Notes: generated from the sequence alone by a model not told the origin. 60,240 nt of DNA, filler included, from Dugesia japonica (GCA_001938525.1; 5 parts of 5 records of this genome joined end to end with filler, not necessarily neighbours in it); one strand, 5' to 3'. Positions 1-13,060 are shown, numbered from the whole stretch's first letter. A program made the numbers and translations.

Positions 1-2622
1 TCGTACTTTCTCTAATACTGTTCTTAGTCTCTCGTTATGTTCTTCAAAATCTTTTCCAAAGATGAGAATGTCATATAAGTATATTACACATTTTTTAAAA
101 TTTTCTTCTCGTAAAATGAGATGCATTAATGTCTGAAACGTGGCGGGTGCTCCANACAATCCAAATGGCAATCTGTTAAATTCATATTGTCCTCTCCTAG
201 TTGCAAATGCTGTTTTTTCTTTATCATGTTCATTTAACTCAATATTGTAGTAACCACTTCATAAATCTAAAGCACTGAAATATCTTGCTTCTGATAATGA
301 TTCAAAAAGTTGCTGGTTGTCTGGAATTGGGTAAATAGGCCTTTTCGTTACTAAATTAAGTTTTCGATAATCAACGCATAGTCTTAAATAGCCGCTCTTC
401 TTTTGACAAATTACGATTGGTGATGACCATGGGATTGAGCTCTCTCGAACAATGCCATTGTTTTTTAATTCATTTATCATTCCATCAACATGACTTTCTA
501 AGTGAAGGGGGCTCGTCTCACTGGTTGTGCAATAGGTCTTGCATCAATTTAATCAATTTCATGCTTCTCCATTTTACAATGACCTATATCGTTTTGGTTT
601 CTACTGAAAACCTCCGCAAATTCCACAATAATATTTTTTATCTTCATTTTCTCAATACTATTTGTTGTATTCGCAGCTAAAGATTTTAAAATACATTGAA
701 CATGATCTGTATTTCCCTTTTCATACCTTTTAAAGACGTGTTCTTTGATGTGGTCTGTCTCTATTAGTGGTTCCACAGTACCCATTTTCGTGCTTTTAAA
801 TATCTTAATCTCTCGATTTTTATATTTTTTATTCTTATTGGTATTCTGCCATCCTCAGTTACATTTGAAATACTATTTGCCGCTAAAAGACCTCTATCTG
901 TCAACATATCTTTGTATGGACTAAATAAAAGATTATCTAAATTAAACACGTCACTATCAATTCTAGCTAAAACGTTTATTTCTTCTCTCGAACTCACTAC
1001 CACAGTTCTATCTAAAACTATTCTAATATTACAAATTTGAGCCCCCCTGTAATGGTTTGCATCAGCTTCTGGACTCTCAAAAGCTGAGCGTTCTAGTTTT
1101 CCGTCTCTCTTACTTTAGAGATAAACGGGATTGGTTCTTTATCTACAAAAATGCAGTCATTAGCTGGCATCACTGCAATATTCAGACTTTTCATTTCTTT
1201 AATGCCTATAATTANNNNNNNNNNNNNNNNNNNNNNNNNNNNNNNNNNNNNNNNNNNNNNNNNNNNNNNNNNNNNNNNTTTTAATATAGAATGACCAATT
1301 ACCTTTATATTTGACCCATTAGCACAATTTAACACTTTGTTGTATCGATATAGTTTGAGTCATTCTCTTTCTCAAAGTTTCTGGAATAGTTCACAGTCGA
1401 TAATACTTGATTCTGCTCTTGAATCAATGAATATCTTTTTTATGAATGAATGATCTTTATCTTCTATACAACCTCTAATAACTGATTTATTTGCCGCCGG
1501 TTCACTTCTGCTCTATGATATCATCGTTTTTGTAGCTCTATTTATTGGATTTGTTTTTCTTGATCCGTTGATGAATTGCTCAATTTGAATAAAATCGTCT
1601 GGATATTTTATTTCTGGTCTAGAATTTTTTATAGTTTTTCTTTTACTTGCTATTATTTTAAATACTCCGATTTCTTCCTCGGTTTTACTTTTATAATCAG
1701 TAATAATACTATCGTTTTCACAGGAGCTTTCATCATATTCGATTNNNNNNNNNNNNNNNNNNNNNNNNNNNNNNNNNNNNNNNNNNNNNNNNNNNNNNNN
1801 NNNNNNNNNNNNNNNNNNNNNNNNNNNNNNNNNNNNNNNNNNNNNNNNNNNNNNNNNNNNNNNNNNNNNNNNNNNNNNNNNNNNNNNNNNNNNNNNNNNN
1901 NNNNNNNNNNNNNNNNNNNNNNNNNNNNNNNNNNNNTTAAGATGATTTTTTATAACATGATTTTTTTCTATCTGTCTTATTTTATTTTCTAAATCGGATA
2001 TTCGTTTCTTAAAAATTTTTATTTCGTTGGATCTTTGACTGTCCATCTGATTGGTAATCTTTCTCACATAATAATTTTCTGACTTTTTGTCTTCTTTTTT
2101 ATTAAGATTAAACGCTTCTTCAAGTGATTTTGGTTTCATCAATTCAGTCGCTTTGGCAGCATTTCGATTATTTATCCCTTTTAAAAATATATTAATAAGA
2201 ATCCCTTCTCGTTCTATATCATCATGATCTTGCAATTGTTTCATGCCTGCAACTCGAACGGTCGTTAAATATTGGTGAATAGACATATTTTTCTGTCTGC
2301 AATTAAGCACATTAATTATTGGACTTACTTTGGTAGTTTTTGTGCGATATAATTTAATTAACTCCTGTTTAATCCAATCATAATTTGATATATTGTGTCT
2401 AAAATATGGAATTGATCTTAATTCTAACCTTGCATTTTCTTCCAAACTGTTCATCAATGTTTCAGATTTTTCCGTTGGGTTAGTTATGTTTTGATCTGTA
2501 AAAAACATCTCTATTTCCGATATATGATTATGGATATTTTCATTTATCTGGAATTGTTTGTGGAAATTCGTATTTCCTCGAAGGAATTTGAGAAATTCTT
2601 CCAAAACTGCTCTTGAGGCCAT
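1..2622 (-). mobile_element. Degenerate Ty3/Gypsy LTR retrotransposon: gag, protease and RT, truncated by window start
   Basis: Gag ORF 1513-2622 (CRQKNMSIHQYLTTVR...FLKGI). Protease-like IDSRAESSI near 1400-1430 and ANGSNIKVIG. RT motifs SPWSSPIV, LRLCVDYRKLN, YFSALDL, RLPFGxCGAPATFQ and YLYDILIFG (decayed YLDD). Stops and frameshifts throughout. Confidence 0.93.
1513..2622 (-). CDS. gag: Gypsy Gag polyprotein (gap-interrupted)
   Basis: 369-aa ORF from ATG 2622 with retrotransposon gag capsid-like motifs, directly followed by protease and RT. Confidence 0.8.
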   Translation of the reverse strand: MASRAVLEEFLKFLRGNTNFHKQFQINENIHNHISEIEMFFTDQNITNPTEKSETLMNSLEENARLELRSIPYFRHNISNYDWIKQELIKLYRTKTTKVSPIINVLNCRQKNMSIHQYLTTVRVAGMKQLQDHDDIEREGILINIFLKGINNRNAAKATELMKPKSLEEAFNLNKKEDKKSENYYVRKITNQMDSQRSNEIKIFKKRISDLENKIRQIEKNHVIKNHLXXXXXXXXXXXXXXXXXXXXXXXXXXXXXXXXXXXXXXXXXXXXXXXXXXXXXXXXXXXXXXXXXIEYDESSCENDSIITDYKSKTEEEIGVFKIIASKRKTIKNSRPEIKYPDDFIQIEQFINGSRKTNPINRATKTMIS

Positions 2623-2640
2623 GTTGTTTTATTATTTGTT

Positions 2641-3039
2641 TTAAATTTTTTCCATCAAATTTATTAAATCTGATTTGATGCTATCCACATATCCTTGAAA
2701 ATTCAAATTTTTAAGTCCATGTATTACGATGTTTCCTGATGAGAACACATTTACATATAAAGCATGGTATTGTACAAGCCCTAATGCAGAAAACCAACAA
2801 TTTATTATTTTAGTTAATTTATCCAAATTTATTGCAACTCCCGTATTATCAACAACTCTTATCGATTGTGGTTGTTTGTCTTTAATATCATAGGTTTTAC
2901 TGCCTTCCTTCACCCCTTTATTCTACTTTTTTCTGTTCTGAGGAATACAATTGTATACTTGTCACATGATTTACTCATAGCTCATTTTCTTTGTTACTTC
3001 TTTCGACACTTCACCCTTGTAATTAATATTGGTTATCAT
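2641..3039 (-). pseudogene. Degenerate TATA-binding-protein-like (two TBP-fold repeats) ORF upstream of gag
   Basis: Repeat 1 (stops, frameshifts): MITNINYKG...YTIVFLRTEKSRIKG. Repeat 2 (ORF 2641-2913): QSIRVVDNTGVAINLDKL...FSALGL...VNVFSSGNIVIHGLKN, compared with TBP QNMVGSCDVKFPIRLEGL and FAAVIM...ALIFSSGKMVCTGAKS. Confidence 0.65.
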
Positions 3040-3049
3040 AATTAATAAA

Positions 3050-3765
3050 ATGAAATGAACTTCAGGGGATCTATTGGGGATTTTGAGAATAAATTTAATG
3101 GGTTTGATAAAAAACAAACAGTGTACTAAATTTTGAAGAAATTAAAGAAAAAACAAGATGGAGAAATTATAAAATGATGGTGCAATTATAAAGGTGATTG
3201 TGAGAATATTTCTTACAACAACTAGCGATGTATCAGAAGTAGATAGAAAAAGTCTACTAAAGGATCTAAAGCCTTGTATTTATGTGATTCATTATAACTT
3301 GATTTTATGGATCAACCAAAATATCTTATTCCTGGTGTTAATGGGCACATTTGTTTGAAAGAGATTCTGCTAAAATTTATTTGAAATCCACAGCCAACAA
3401 ACCTACCCATATATTATTGGATGCAAAATTAATGGTTAGACGTGTACGTGTTGAACATTCAGATTTGATTGGTGATCAATTTGGATTAAAAAGCAAAATA
3501 TTTTTTATCCATAAAGAACCAAGGAAATCGTTGCAATTGCAATTAGCAAAGACGGTTAATGGTTTTATAAGGAACAAATCTTTGGTGATCGGCATTTACC
3601 TAATTTTATTCTAGTTGCATTCCAAAATGGAGATCAATTTAATATAGTTATGAATGTTCTGGTTGGAAAACAATTATCCATCTTTACACATGTTCTTACT
3701 CCAGATGTCGATATAAATAAGAGTCAATTGTTTTAACAAGGAAATTTGGGATTGGATGCTACACC
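3050..3765 (+). mobile_element. Polinton/Maverick major capsid protein (PY) remnant
   Basis: DFMDQPKYLIPGVN, FERDSAKxYL, LLDAKLMVRRVRVE, VLTPD and QGNL match the Polinton double-jelly-roll MCP pattern; frameshifted. Confidence 0.75.
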
Positions 3766-4399
3766 TTTAACATCACTGGCATATGTTATCATTTATAGAA
3801 TTGAAAATTGAAATTATCCAACTGGCTTTCTTTAAAACCCTTGTAACTTCCTTCTCGATTGAGCTATGATTTTCTAGTTTAAATTTTCGAAATCTATGAT
3901 GTTTTCTTGACCATAATTTTTTTATCTGCTGCTTTTTTCTTAATGGGAGGTCTTCGTTTTCTTGTGAAATTAATTTATTTTTATAATAAATCATTTTAAT
4001 TTGCATGATTTATTTAATTTAATTAATTCATTGTTTATTTTTATTTTCTTATGAATTAATTTTTAATTAGATAGCCATTTTTCGTTTTCAAACTGAAAAT
4101 TAATTTAATTTAGGCATTCCTTTCAATAAGTAATTCATTTAACTTATTTCTTCCTTCTTTAATTATTAATTTAATTTAATTTTTATTATTATTTAGTGTT
4201 ACATCCTTATTCCTTAATTTAAAGAAAATATTCCTAAATATAAAGAAAATATTCTTAAATAAAAAAAAATATATTTAAATATAAAGATAAAGGTTTAAGT
4301 AAAAAGAAAATAATTTCAAGTGTTAACAGAAAATATATGAATAACAAACAACAAATTTAAATAAAAAGGCAATAAAATTAATAAAGTTTATCTTTAATT

Positions 4400-6380
4400 A
4401 AAATAAATCCCCGCTTAAAGCACGATCAAGAAATCCTCGCTCAAAAAAAGATGCATAGTTTGCAGAAGTCCAGAACAAAGAAATTAAATAAGAGTTGTAA
4501 GGAAGTGATACAACATATCCAAAACAGCAAAAGACGAGAAATCACGTGTTGGACCTGTAATAAAATAGCTCATGCAAGAATAAATTGTCAAGAAAGAAAG
4601 GTGCTATGCTTGTGGATCTGAGCAACACTTAAGAAGATCCTGACTGAAAACTGGGATATTGGCAGAACAACAGTGGCAGAACATGAAATAATCACAAATG
4701 GAGAACCAAAAAATTTGAAACTATAGAGACAAGCAATCCATTTAGAGAATAAGATAGATGAAGCTACCAAGAATTTGTTTGACAATAGCATTATTAGGAA
4801 GTGTAATTCGCAAAAGAGCACTCCGTTAATATGTTTTTGGAGAAAAGAAAGAAAAAACGTTAGATTATGTGTAAACTTTAGAAAACTGAATGCAATCACA
4901 GAAAGACAGGCATTTCCAATGTAGAGAAAATACTAGACAATTTGTTTGGTGCAAGATATTTTAGTACTATTGATCTGAATAATGCTTAATATTAAGTTCC
5001 TTTACATGAAGAATAACATGAGAAAACAGCTTTTCTACAAACATTGTTAGTATTGTTTCACAAGAATGTCTTTTGGTATAGTTTCAGCATCTGGAATCTT
5101 TCAAGAATTAATGACAAACGATTTAGGACGATTAAGAAAAACGATGGTATATATGAATAATATTGATATTTTCAGAAGAAATTTTCAGCACTATAAAATA
5201 TTGGACAAACTTTTAAAAAATTGAAGAATCAGAATTGAGAATTAATCTGAAAAAATGCCATTTATTGTGAGCAGAGGTCAAATGTTTAGGACATGTTATA
5301 GACAAAATGCAGTTAGAACTAATCCAACAAAAATTGAAGCCATAAAAAATTTTGGAAGACCTAAAAGTGTGAAGAACTTGAGAACCTTTTTGGGTATATG
5401 CAATTATTATAGACGATTTATCAATAATTACTCATAGAAAGCTAGTAGTTTGGAAGTGCTAAATGGAAGTAATAATGCAAAACTTGAATGGTCTGATGGC
5501 TGTGACTAAACTTTTTTGAGATGAAAGAGACATTGGGAAAAATACCGATATTGAAATATCACAAAGAGGTTTGTACTGGACACTCATGCAAGTTTTGATA
5601 CCATCGAAGCAGTTTTATGGCAAATAAATGAAAGAGAACTAGAACAAGTCATTGCATGTGGATCACATGCAATGTCAGCTCATGAGAAAGGATATTGTAT
5701 AACAAAAAAAGAATTATTGGCTATTTAATATTTTTGTATCATTTTTAAACATTATTTGTATGGAAAAAGATTTTTGATGTGAACAGATCACAAGGAATTT
5801 ATGAAAAATACAAACAAGTCAATTAATCCACAATTGTAAACTTAGATGAAATTTCTTAGTAGTCTAGATATGGTTTTGGAATTTAGACAGGATGTGAACC
5901 ATACGAATGCAAGTATGCTGTCGAAAATGAATTTTGCTACAAACGCACAATTTTTAACATAAAAGGTAATTCAAAGGAAAGAAAATAAAAATGAGAACAA
6001 TTAATGGTATTACAGTTTAAAGGAAAAATTTATGGCCAAGCCACGGAGAATAAATTAAGCAGATAGAAACAAAAATAAAAAATCCAAGACGTTTTGATTA
6101 ATAGCAGATATAATAAAAATGAAAGACGTCAAAATATAGATTCCATCAAAAAAAGAAAATTCAGATGGTAATAGAAATACATAATTTATTGTTTCATGCA
6201 TGCACGGAAAAAAATGATAAATTATTTGAACAATGAATATGATATGGAAGAATTTATTGAAGCTGTATGAAAAGTAATTAAAACATATACAGCGTGTCAA
6301 ATAAACAAAGTAACAACAGTCAGAACAAAGTAGAAAACTATAAAGTTAAAGGCTAATGAAGCATATGAGGGTATTTATAT
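4400..6380 (+). mobile_element. Degenerate Gypsy element: gag zinc knuckle joined (protease deleted) to RT, RNase H and integrase N-terminus
   Basis: CWTCNKIAHARINC near 4548; RLCVNFRKLN; FLGICNYYRRFI; GYCITKKELLA; TDH; integrase HxG...CxxC remnant. Confidence 0.9.
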
Positions 6381-6384
6381 GTAT

Positions 6385-8140
6385 TTCTGTGAACATGAAG
6401 TCATACTGGATACAGATGTAAGCTGCAATACGATTAGTGCAGTATGATGACAAATGGACAACAATATACAAGAAACTGGGATAGCGTATAAAATAATACA
6501 ATGAATAACTACGAGTTGGGATATTGTATAACAAAAAAGGAACTTATGTCGATATTCTATTTTTGAAACCACTTCAGCCACTACAAACAGACCATTAAAT
6601 ATTACGTTTATGTTAACTACAAAGAAACCTATAATGGCACAGTTTAAAAATTGGATTAGACGTTGACTTACATTATCGTTAAGGCGACAAACATGGAAAT
6701 GCGGATTTTCTCTGAAGGCAGGCATGTGGCACATATGTACAGTGCCTGATAACACATGAAGATCCTATAGAAGGAAAATTAAAAACGAAACGTTTGAATA
6801 CAATAATAGAGATATCAAAATATCAGAGAGATAATAAAGATATATGAATATTACGAGAACAAATCAAAGATGGCCACAAAGAAAGATTTCAATCGATCAA
6901 CGGTCAGATATTAACACAAAATGGAAAGATGTGAATACCGACAGATAAAAAATTAGATATGATTAGAAAAATGCACCAGTTGCTAGAAAACACAGGAACA
7001 GATAAAGTTTCTAAATATATTATGGACTATTATGACATGACTAAGTTGTGGGGAAGTGTAAAGGAAATGGTGGACAGATGCGAAGCATGTCAGCAAGTGA
7101 AGGTGATAAGAACAAAAACTAAAGAAGAAACTATAAAATCCGAGTTGGCAAGGCCATTGTAAAGAATATATATATATTTATATATATTTATATAACCAGA
7201 AACTTTACAAAAAAAAGAAAAATATCGTGGTGGTTATCGATAAAAATTATAAATATTTATCATTGACAGCAACAACAAAACAAGATGAAGAGTGAATAAC
7301 TCGTGTATTAAGAGATAACTGGATATTAAAAGTAGGAGCTCCAAGATTGTGGAAAGATATTCGATAATATTGCAAATGAGATGAATATTAAACTATGTTT
7401 CTTAAGTCTTTATCCCCATAGTACGAATGAATAGTTAGAAAGGCAATTTCGGACTATCAGAGACTGGATTGGAGCATCAGTAGCAGAAAGAAACACAAAG
7501 AATTTGGCAGAAATTCTCCCAGAGATTGAATGTTCGATGAATGGGACTGTACAGAAAATAACAATTAAAAATCCGGTGATAAAGATATTTGGTAAAAAAA
7601 GCAGCAGAGAAAAGTGGTTTCCACTTCACAACTAGAGTCCGAGAAGGTAGACAATATACTGAAGGCTACGTACTCAACAAGGAGAACAATAGCCATTGAA
7701 GATGCAGTGCTTATCAAGGAGGAAACCAGAAATAAGGATCAGTGTCGTTTGATATGGAAAGAAATGTTGAAAAGATCAGAAGATTTATTAAAGAAGAAGG
7801 ATATGAGAATGATATTTGAGTTTTTTATTTTCAAACTTATATTTAAACTTTAATTTAAATTTTTTGGAGAAAATAATTAAAATAATTATTTGCTCATATT
7901 TGTTTGAAAATTAAAAGTTTTCTGATTCAGTTTTTCAATACGTATCAATATTGTATTAAATAAATTATTGATGATGAAAGTGTTTTTCTTGCTATTAATT
8001 CATATCTGAAGACTTTTTTTATTTAATAATTTGATATATATTATATAGTATTATATTAAAATTAATTACTGAAATATTTGAAATATTTTATATTAAAAAC
8101 AAAGTATATAAGAGATATAAAAAATAGAAGTAGAAAGTTA
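6385..8140 (+). mobile_element. Second Gypsy fragment: RNase H, integrase, polypurine tract and probable 3' LTR
   Basis: ILDTDVSCNTISAV, GYCITKKEL, HxxxxxxG...CEACQ (ORF 6959-7162), ERQFRTIRD; purine tract aaagaagaagga near 7790 followed by AT-rich LTR-like DNA. Confidence 0.85.
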
Positions 8141-8149
8141 TATATGTTG

Positions 8150-8760
8150 GGGTCATGTGTGATATGGCTCAAAAATTATATCACACACAACCCGCAAACT
8201 GGGATTTAAATACTCGTCCTGAAAGTATGTTGATGGCAGCCCCGGTGACTCTTGCAGGACATCAAGAGTGCATGAGCGTACCATCTGCGTATAGTTTTGG
8301 TTCATTTTCTGATGTCGACGATAGAAGTCGTAAAGAAGGAAAGTAAATAGTAATAATTATAATATTTTACATAACTATATACAGTGGTAAATGTTCGAGC
8401 TGACAAAGTAATCAAGAATTCAGTTGTCAAACATATCATTTTCGGATAAGTCTTTGAAGATTTTCTGTGTTTTCTGGGAGGAGAAACTGTCCCTCCGGTT
8501 ATACTCGATGTTTTGTCGGCGTAATTGCGTAATTTCAAACACCAACATATCTATTTTTTCTTGAAGAGCTTGACAGGCTCTTGACCAATTAGTTGTGGTG
8601 GCTAACTATTCATCAAAGCTAGCTTCTATTTGCACCTCTGCTCCCAAGGTTCAGCTTGGTCTGAACTGGAACAAGTGCTGGTTGTCCATATTCTGTGGTG
8701 CATTCTCGTCCATGTTTTAAAGCATAAGATTAAATCGTGCTTAATCTGGATTTCATTATT
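8150..8760 (-). mobile_element. Gag/aspartic protease remnant of an LTR retrotransposon
   Basis: Minus-strand PARVTGAAINILS (decayed DTGA motif) near 8220-8260, preceded by coiled-coil-like LQEKIDMLVFEITQLRR. Confidence 0.5.
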
Positions 8761-9539
8761 CGCTAATGAAATATGACGATAATGAAATATAACAAAGATT
8801 TTGGAAAAGTATTTTTTGCGTTGCTCTTATAATGCTGATAATTAAGTTTTAGTTTAATGTGATGAATAGAACAATAACTATAGTGAGGGTATTCATGATG
8901 AAAACATTAGCTTGAAAGATTAATAGTGCATTCATGTTCGTCTTATGAGTATTATAGTATGAATGGTAAGATATACTGAATGAATTGTAATATGGTTATA
9001 CCTATAGTTACCGTAATTTAATGTTGGCTTTATGTTACTGATAAGTTAATTAATTTATAAAACAAATGACACTAAGCTAAAAACATATAGGACATTATGA
9101 TAATGAATGAATAATAATAATTTATATTCTTAAAAATTTACCGGTAGTATTATAATAACAGTATTGGTTATTGATGAATGACAATGTATCTGATTTTAAT
9201 AATGCTAAATATAATTATATGTTTAAAAGACAATAGATCTAATGGTAATTATAGGGAAGATATTGATGACATGAGTAAGAGATAAATCTCGTAATGATAA
9301 CTATAATAATATCGATTACTAAACTAGGAGTAAAGCTAATATTAATAAAATGAATGTAATTTGAACTATAGTAATAATTCCTATCACTAAGTAATAATAT
9401 CAATGATGGTGACAAATACTAGCAACATTAATAATTTAAAAATAATAACAAAAATAATCTTGATAGTAATAACAAGATAGTAATCTTGATAGTAATAATC
9501 TCAAATCATTATTCTTATTAGCTATAGTAAAAGTATTCC

Positions 9540-9740
9540 TAATAATAGTAATAATAGTAATAATAATAACGAATAATAGTAGTAACCATAATGTCGATGA
9601 TAATAATTCAAAGTGGTAATGATACTAATGATACTAATAGTAATAATAATAATAACAATAATTATAATAATAGAAATAACAACAATAAAAAAAACAATAA
9701 AACTAATGACATCAATAAGAAAACGAACAACACGAATAAC

Positions 9741-9805
<65 letters not shown>
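9540..9805. repeat. (AAT)n microsatellite with degenerate flank
   Basis: Pure AAT run at about 9741-9805; AAT-derived sequence upstream. Confidence 0.95.
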
Positions 9806-9905
9806 NNNNNNNNNNNNNNNNNNNNNNNNNNNNNNNNNNNNNNNNNNNNTTAATTAATTAANNNNNNNNNNNNNNNNNNNNNNNNNNNNNNNNNNNNNNN
9901 NNNNN
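9806..9905. other. Artificial scaffold linker
   Basis: 44 N + TTAATTAATTAA (stops in all six frames) + 44 N. Confidence 0.97.
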
Positions 9906-12500
9906 CTCATCCAAAAGAAATTGAGTTATTGATATTATTTATTTTATGAAACATGGGTTGTAGTAGTAAAATAAATAATATTGAAATACAAGAATTTCAA
10001 TATTAATATTCAGATAACTCAATTTCTATTGGCGGAATTAATGGAGCCATGGTTTATCTTGATGACATTCTGATATTTACGAATAATAAATATCAACACT
10101 ATGAAGTCATTAAAAAAGTATTGATGGAAATAATGAAGGCTGGTTTAAGAATTAATCCAGAAAAGTGTCAGTTTCTTCCAAGCAAAATCAAGTTTCTTGG
10201 ACACATAATTAGTATGGATGGTGCCAGAACTGATCCGTTTAAAATAGAAGCAATAAGAATATTTGACAAACCTAACTGTGCGAAGAAGTTACGTAGTTTC
10301 TTGGGAATTAGGTAATTTTTACAGGAAGTTTATAGAAAACTTCGCAAGAAAGTCAAAGATATTAGAGCAGTTGTGTAGCGGACCAAGCAACAAGAAATTA
10401 GTAAAACTTATTTAATTATTATAAAGAAAAGTTTGATAATATTTTTAAAAACTTGATGAAAACCTAATTGAAAGTTGTTAAACGTTTATCAGAAATTGGT
10501 AGTTAGAAGAAAGAGACTGCCAATTTGAAAAATACTGATTTGAGTTTTTAAGATAATCGTAATGTTTATATTCGTTAAATTATGAATACAATTATTAAAT
10601 ATTAAATCAATGCACAAGACATGAGCATAAGTAATAGTTATAGATGATTGTGATGAATATATATTGAATGAACTAAAGATTAAAATCATAAAGGAACTCC
10701 AAAAACTAATTTAACATAACCTTAAGCTAAACCGAGAAAGTTTTGTAACAAAGAAATATATACCACTTAAATTAAACAAAACTGTTTTGAAGAGTTCTCA
10801 AATCTCTAAAGAATGCACTAATATTATGCTTTCCAGACATAAACAAAGAATTTATATTAGATACAGATTCCAGTTTTGATACAATCGGAGCAGTATTGTC
10901 ACAGATTGATAAAGAAGTAAAATAAAGAGTTGTTGCCTATGGATCATACTCAATGACGAGTCATGAAAATGGATATTGCATTACACGAAAAGAGTTATTG
11001 GCTGTTAATTATTTTGTATGCATTTCAAACATTATTTGTAAGGTAGAAGATTTACTCTTAGAAGAAATCATAAAGCTCTAACGTTCATGATTACGACAAA
11101 GAAACCAATTACGTCGCAATTCCAGACATGGATTGGAATAATATGAGTAGTTTAGACATGGTTTTGGAATATAGAATGGTAATGCAGATATATCATCTAT
11201 ATCAAGAATTGAGGTATGTGTACAATGTGAAATGTCACATAAAGAAGCTAAGAAAAGGAAGATTAAAACGAGAATACTGAACATAATTGAAATAGAAAAA
11301 GAAGATCATTTAAACATTTCTAAGGAAACAGATTTGATCAAGAAAATGAAAATTCCGGATGACAAACTACATGAAACAATACTAGAAATACACAAATTAT
11401 TATGTCAGAAGGTGAAAAGGTGAAAAGGTGAAAAAGTGTACGAATATATAAGAAACAAATATATTGCAAATAATTTGTGGAGCCAAATACAGAAAATAGT
11501 TTATAGTTGTGAAATTTGTCAGAAGACCAAAGTANTGGCAACAGCAACTAAAGAGAAGACAAAGAGTTTAGAAGCTACCAATTTATTTGAAGTGAGATTT
11601 ACAGATATGTGTGGGCCAATGGGGGAAACAAGTGGGCAGAAAAAATACATTCTTGGAATAATCGACCAGTACAGTAAATATTTGGTTCTTACACCATTGT
11701 TTAGACAAAAAGAGAAGACAGAAAAAGAAAAGAAAAGCTATTTTTGAAAAGTGGATATTGAGATTTGGATGTCCAAGAGAGATAAAATTAGATTGTGTGG
11801 AATCAGAGTTATGAGAGAGTTTGCACTGAAGCTAGATATTAAACTTTGCTTTTCGAGTACCTATTATCATAATGCAAACGGACAAATTGAAAGACAGTTC
11901 AGGACAATTCGAGATTTAATTAATGCAAAATTTCAGGAAAGAAAGACAACAGATTGGGCAGATAGAATTAACAATTAACCGGAAATAAAATTAACAATGA
12001 ACACAACAAAGCAGAAGACAACTGGAAAGAGGAAGACAGTTTTTGGAAAGAAAATAAGCAGAGAAAAGTGGTACGAGTCAGACGTTTCAAGTAGAACTAA
12101 TGAAAACATTTCAGGCGTGATTACTAAAAGAAAAATGTAAGTGGTAGATGTTGTACTCATCAAGATAGAAACAAGAAATAAAAATCAAGACTTTATCGAA
12201 TAATTGAGAAAATTCATGAACGGCGGTATGTGGTACAAGGATAAAATGAAAGTTTCTTAAGAAGGGGGATATGAGAAAATAATTATTAATTAATAATCTC
12301 ATCCAATGAAATTGAGTTATCTGAATATTAATATTGAAATTCTTGTATTTCAATATGATTTATTTTATGAAACATGGGTTGTAGTAGTAAAATAAATTAT
12401 GTCTAAAAATATTAATTATGATATGCAAAATCAATTACCAATTGAAGATTTACCTAACAATTTGAATTGTTTATCAATTATTAATTAATTTTTTTAATTT
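9906..12500 (+). mobile_element. Degenerate Gypsy pol (RT, RNase H, integrase) with PPT, 3' LTR and a rearranged LTR piece at the left end
   Basis: VYLDDILIF, INPEKCQF, FLGHIIS, FILDTDSSFDTIGAVLSQ, CEICQK, IDQYSKY, NGQIERQFRTI; PPT gaaggggga near 12261; LTR sequence 12298-12400 recurs at 9906-10030. Confidence 0.92.
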
Positions 12501-13060
12501 TAAAAAAGACATATTAATAAATAATAAAATAAAAAATTAATAAAATAACTATACAATACAAATTTAATACTATAAATTTATTATATATTATAAATTATTA
12601 ATTTCAAAATTTTTCAGCAATTTAATGTTAAAATTTAATAGATTTTATAAATAATTTTAAATTTATTATTCATATATTTAATAATTTTTTTAATTTTGTA
12701 TTTAATATTAAAAATTTTCAACTCAACATACAAAAAATTCAAATCCGTTGTTTAAAACAATCTCAGTTACAATTTTCGAATTGCTGGTAAACTGGTTTTT
12801 TAAACAGTTTTGTTTGTATTAAAAGGATTTTAGTACACTTAAAAAACTTATATTTATTCGAGTCCAAAAAAGGTTCGCATTAAGGGGTTGTTTGTACTAA
12901 CCTGGTGTGAAAAGTATGTTATTCGAAGAAAATATGGTAAATCTCCATAATTTTATATAAAAATTCTAATAATTTCTTAATAAGTTTAGCATAATAATTT
13001 GTAAATTTTTATTTAGTACTCTTGATAATTGAAGTTTTCTATTTTTCTGAATAAATTTAG

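Noticed and set aside
6375-6755. 126-aa minus-strand ORF as a host gene
   Set aside because: Antisense of a decayed Gypsy RNase H region; the same applies to most short antisense ORFs in the track.
9591-9861. Poly-Asn/Ile/Tyr/Leu ORFs (also 24069-24333, 26690-26977)
   Set aside because: Translations of (AAT)n microsatellites and N gaps.
9850-9861. TTAATTAATTAA as a biological motif or piggyBac site
   Set aside because: Always centred in 44+44 N; an assembly linker.
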